DNA of 62,706 nucleotides, filler included, from Chiloscyllium plagiosum (lineage: Eukaryota): assembly GCF_004010195.1 (NCBI RefSeq). It is 4 parts of one record of this genome, joined end to end, with 100 filler letters (N's around TTAATTAATTAA, not from the genome) between each part and the next. Parts side by side here need not be neighbours in the genome. Positions count along the whole stretch, not along the records: positions 58,944 to 62,706 come from NC_057715.1; 3 more parts are not named here. One strand, given 5' to 3'. This document shows positions 59,457 to 62,706 of the stretch, piece by piece. Made by a program: the position numbers and the translations under genes. Each line of letters begins with the position of its first letter. Positions within the stretch are counted from its first letter, which is position 1. The notes beneath the pieces were generated by a model. The model was not told the origin of the DNA. It was given only the letters and a program-made list of their open reading frames with translations, and made no database searches.

Positions 59457-60869
59457 CAAAAGTTCATGTAAATCCCAAAGAGCCTTTGCCAGAAAGAAGT
59501 GTTTCTCCCACTGCAGCCAGATTGTTCACGAAACTGAAAACGGGGTGTCTTCGGGGTGGGACCGTAGACACACTCCACCATTCCCCTCATGGACTCTCGT
59601 TGACCCTGGGTTACCTTTGTCACTCTCTCCAAGGCAACTTCATTCTATAACCAGAAGCAGGAAACTAGAACCAGCTCCTGGGGAGGGCCTGCTTCCTGAA
59701 GGGGCCAGGGTGAAATCACCATTTCGTTCCCCACTGAAACACAATCACTGTCCGACTGACCAGAACTGTCTCTGTCTGCTCTCAGCCTGAACTCTCACAA
59801 CCAAACTGTCATGTGAAACTTTATCAGATACTTTTAAAACCTTTAAACCATGGAGTCACCGAACGTGACGGTCACTTGTGCTTGTGCTGTCTCTGAGCTG
59901 GTCATTTCATCTCAATCTCCTTGACTATTCCTCAGCCCTTTCCAGGTTTTCCCACAGGCAGCTTTTCTGATTGAGCTTGTTTGATTTTTACCCGACATTT
60001 TGAGTATTTTGAGTCAGTTGCCGCTGAGTGGGTGTTCTATACAGAGGCCTATTGTCACTGACAGTCCCAGTCTCCCACACAAACACAGAGAGTCTGTAGC
60101 TACATCAGTGAGTCCTGCACACGCGACACATTACTCCTCAGCTGCTGCTTGTGAGTCAGACGCAGCTGGTATTTCTTTGGGCCTATCTCAGGTTGAGCTG
60201 ATGATTGGAGGCTCAGTATTGGGTCATAGGTATTCCCAACACCTTACAGACAACATGGACTGCCCCTTCCCCTTCCCCTTCCTCAATTTCCTCACTGTCT
60301 TCCCTTCCTGTCCCATCCCTATTCTACTCTCCAATCTCTCCCTGCCATCTGCTCCCCTCTCGCTCCTCCCCCCTTGCCCTCCTCCCTCTTCCCTTCTCTC
60401 CCTCCCCTTGAAGGGCTTGGGTGTGGGCCAATGACATGTGATGATTATCAGAGTGAGGGAACTGGGTTGCTGGTGCTGAATATTTCCGTGCCGTGTGTAA
60501 TCAATCATTGACCCTGGATCATTCTGGGAAAGTTATTTTGTGGTCAGATTGTGCAGGTCTGAGGGCATTAACATTCTTGGCTCACCCTGAAGATTCACTA
60601 TTCATCCTGAACTCACTCCAAATTGTAAACTAAGGAAACCTTCATTTTCTGTACACTGCCAGAGGGGAGCTCTATGACAGCCTCTCAGTTTATTCAGGAG
60701 TGACCTTGTGTCCTGGGATATCTGAGCCTCCAAACAGTTGGGTCCCCGTTAGGCTCATCACGCGTTGATGTGGTTTATAGTGTCACTGCTTCAAGCCTCG
60801 ACTGTTCCTAACCTGACAGACTTGTCCAAAGACTCACTCTGAGAATGACATTGGAGTTTAATTATAAGA

Positions 60870-61700
60870 CGGTAAAACATAGAGGCGGAGGTAGGGCCGT
60901 TCAGCCCATCGAGTCAGACCCACCATTCAGTGAGGTGATGGCTGATCTGATCATCATCAACTCCATTTCCCTGTTGTTTCCCCAGAACCCAGACTCCCGA
61001 ACTCATTACAAATCTGTCTCAGTCATCAATATATTTAATGACCCAGTCCCAACAGCCCTCTGCAGGAAAGAATCCCACAGATGCACCACACTCTGAGAGA
61101 AGTAATTTCTCTTCATCTCTGTCTTCAATGGCTGACCCCATATCCTGTGCTCCTCGACTCTTCCACAGGGAGAAACAGCCTTTCCACATCCCATCATGTC
61201 GAGTCCCTAAGGATTCTGTATATTTCTGTAAGATCACCTGTCATTCGGCTAAACTCCAACAGGCCCAACCTGCTCAGCCATTCCCCATGAGGCAGTCCCT
61301 CCATCCCTGGGATCAGCCGAGTGAACCTTCCCTGGGCTGCCTTTCGATGGTAGTATCCCTTTCTCTGGAAAAGGGGCCTGAACCTGTCCAGCTGGGGCCT
61401 GGCCTTGAATAGTTTTAGGAAACCCTCCCTGGCTTAAAGTCCATTCCCATCAAAACAAAGACCAACTCTCTATTTGTCTTCTCTATTCCCCACTCAACGT
61501 CAAAGCTAGATTTTTGTGACTCAGGCCCGATTCCGCCCCCTGCGCCAAATCCCTCTATCCCACACTTTCCTGTGGGATGGAATAAGATTTCACTCTAGTC
61601 ATCCTGCCAAGGTGTGGGAGCTCACATTTCCCCACACTCTAATCCATCTGACAAATGTCTGGCCCACTCTTTCAGCCCGTCTCTAACCCTCCACACATTC
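60870..61700 (-). mobile_element. Old CR1 3' fragment
   Basis: ORF 61006-61197 LKTEMKRNYFSQSVVHLWDSF. Confidence 0.65.
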
Positions 61701-62084
61701 TTTACTCTCCTGCATCATCCAGAGACTGGAGGCACTTTCTGAACGAAAGGTGGGCATTCGCCAAGGTGTTAGTGAACATTGACAAAACGTTCCCACTTAA
61801 CCGAACCTGGGGGCAATGAACAAAAACACTGAGAGATCCAGGTGGGGCGGGGAGAATGCGCCTTTACCCAGAGAGCAGGGAGTATGTGGGATTCACACCC
61901 ACAACATGAGAGTAGGCAAGGTGTATCACACTGATGTTTAAATAGAAACTGGATAAACAGGACGGGGGGAGAGAGGGAGAGGGAGTGGGAGGAGGGGGGG
62001 AGGAGTGGGAGAGGGCGAGAGGGAGTGGGGGAGAGAGAGAGAGTGGGGGAGAGAGAGAGAGAGAGTGTCTGCGTCTGTTTGTAT

Positions 62085-62706
62085 CAATTTCAAAGTTTGC
62101 AAATGACTTGGAACTTTGAAGAACTGTAAAGTCAGGAAGACAGTATAGAACTCCAAAGGCAAGTTTCTGGAGTAGGTGGATATGGTGCAGATGGAGTTTG
62201 TTGCAGACAAGTGAGAGGTGATGCATTTTGACAGGAAGGATACTGAAAGACAATATAAAATAGGGGTTACAATTCTAAGGTGTGGGTGCAGGAGCAGAGG
62301 ACATGGGTACGTATGTGCAAAGATTGTTGAAAGTGGCAGGGTAGAGAAAGCAGCAAATAAAGCATAGGGTCCTTGGCATTACTAATACGGGCATAGAGTA
62401 TAAGAGCAAGGAGTTGATGCTGAATTTCTATAAATTGCAGGTTAGTCCTCAGCTGGAATACCATGTACAGTTGTGAACACCACATTATCGGGAAGATATG
62501 AATTAATTGGACAGTGTGTGCAGAACATCAAAAGAATAGTTCCAGAAATGAGAGACTTCAATTATGAAGACAGATTGAAGAATTTAGAATGGTTCTTCTT
62601 AGAGAGAAGGCAGCTGAGGGGAGACTTGATTGAGGCTTTCAAAATCACAAACAGACTAGGGATAGTCGATGGGGAGAAGCTGTTCCCACTGGTAAAAGTA
62701 GGAAGG
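62085..62706 (+). mobile_element. Old CR1 RT C-terminal fragment
   Basis: tcaaagtttgcaaatgac (KFAND); gttagtcctcagctggaatac; ctgaggggagacttgattgag. Confidence 0.75.

Overview
Repeat-dense cartilaginous-fish (elasmobranch, probably shark) genomic DNA, not prokaryotic. Four in-phase GT-AG exons on the minus strand (33190-33421, 30378-30614, 27022-28029, 20269-20456) encode consecutive cadherin repeats of a Dachsous protocadherin, most like DCHS1. A 1.7-kb terminal coding exon on the plus strand (3184-4908) resembles the post-FH2 tail of an FHDC1/INF2-type formin and carries 15 copies of an 11-aa repeat. It appears to be nested antisense in a DCHS1 intron, but an artificial gap spacer lies between the two. 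The rest is a decayed L1, many CR1 and L2-like LINE fragments, HE1 (V-SINE) and Deu-domain SINEs, a Tigger-like MITE, three minisatellite arrays and Penelope-like element (PLE) remnants. The most notable non-coding signal is about a dozen minimal hammerhead-ribozyme-like motifs of three sequence families. They lie in PLE termini, several of which form tiny fold-back insertions with 14-16 bp target-site duplications (TSDs). Family assignments come from recognition by eye, with no database search. Exon, TSD, hammerhead and gap coordinates were read base by base; other repeat boundaries are approximate.
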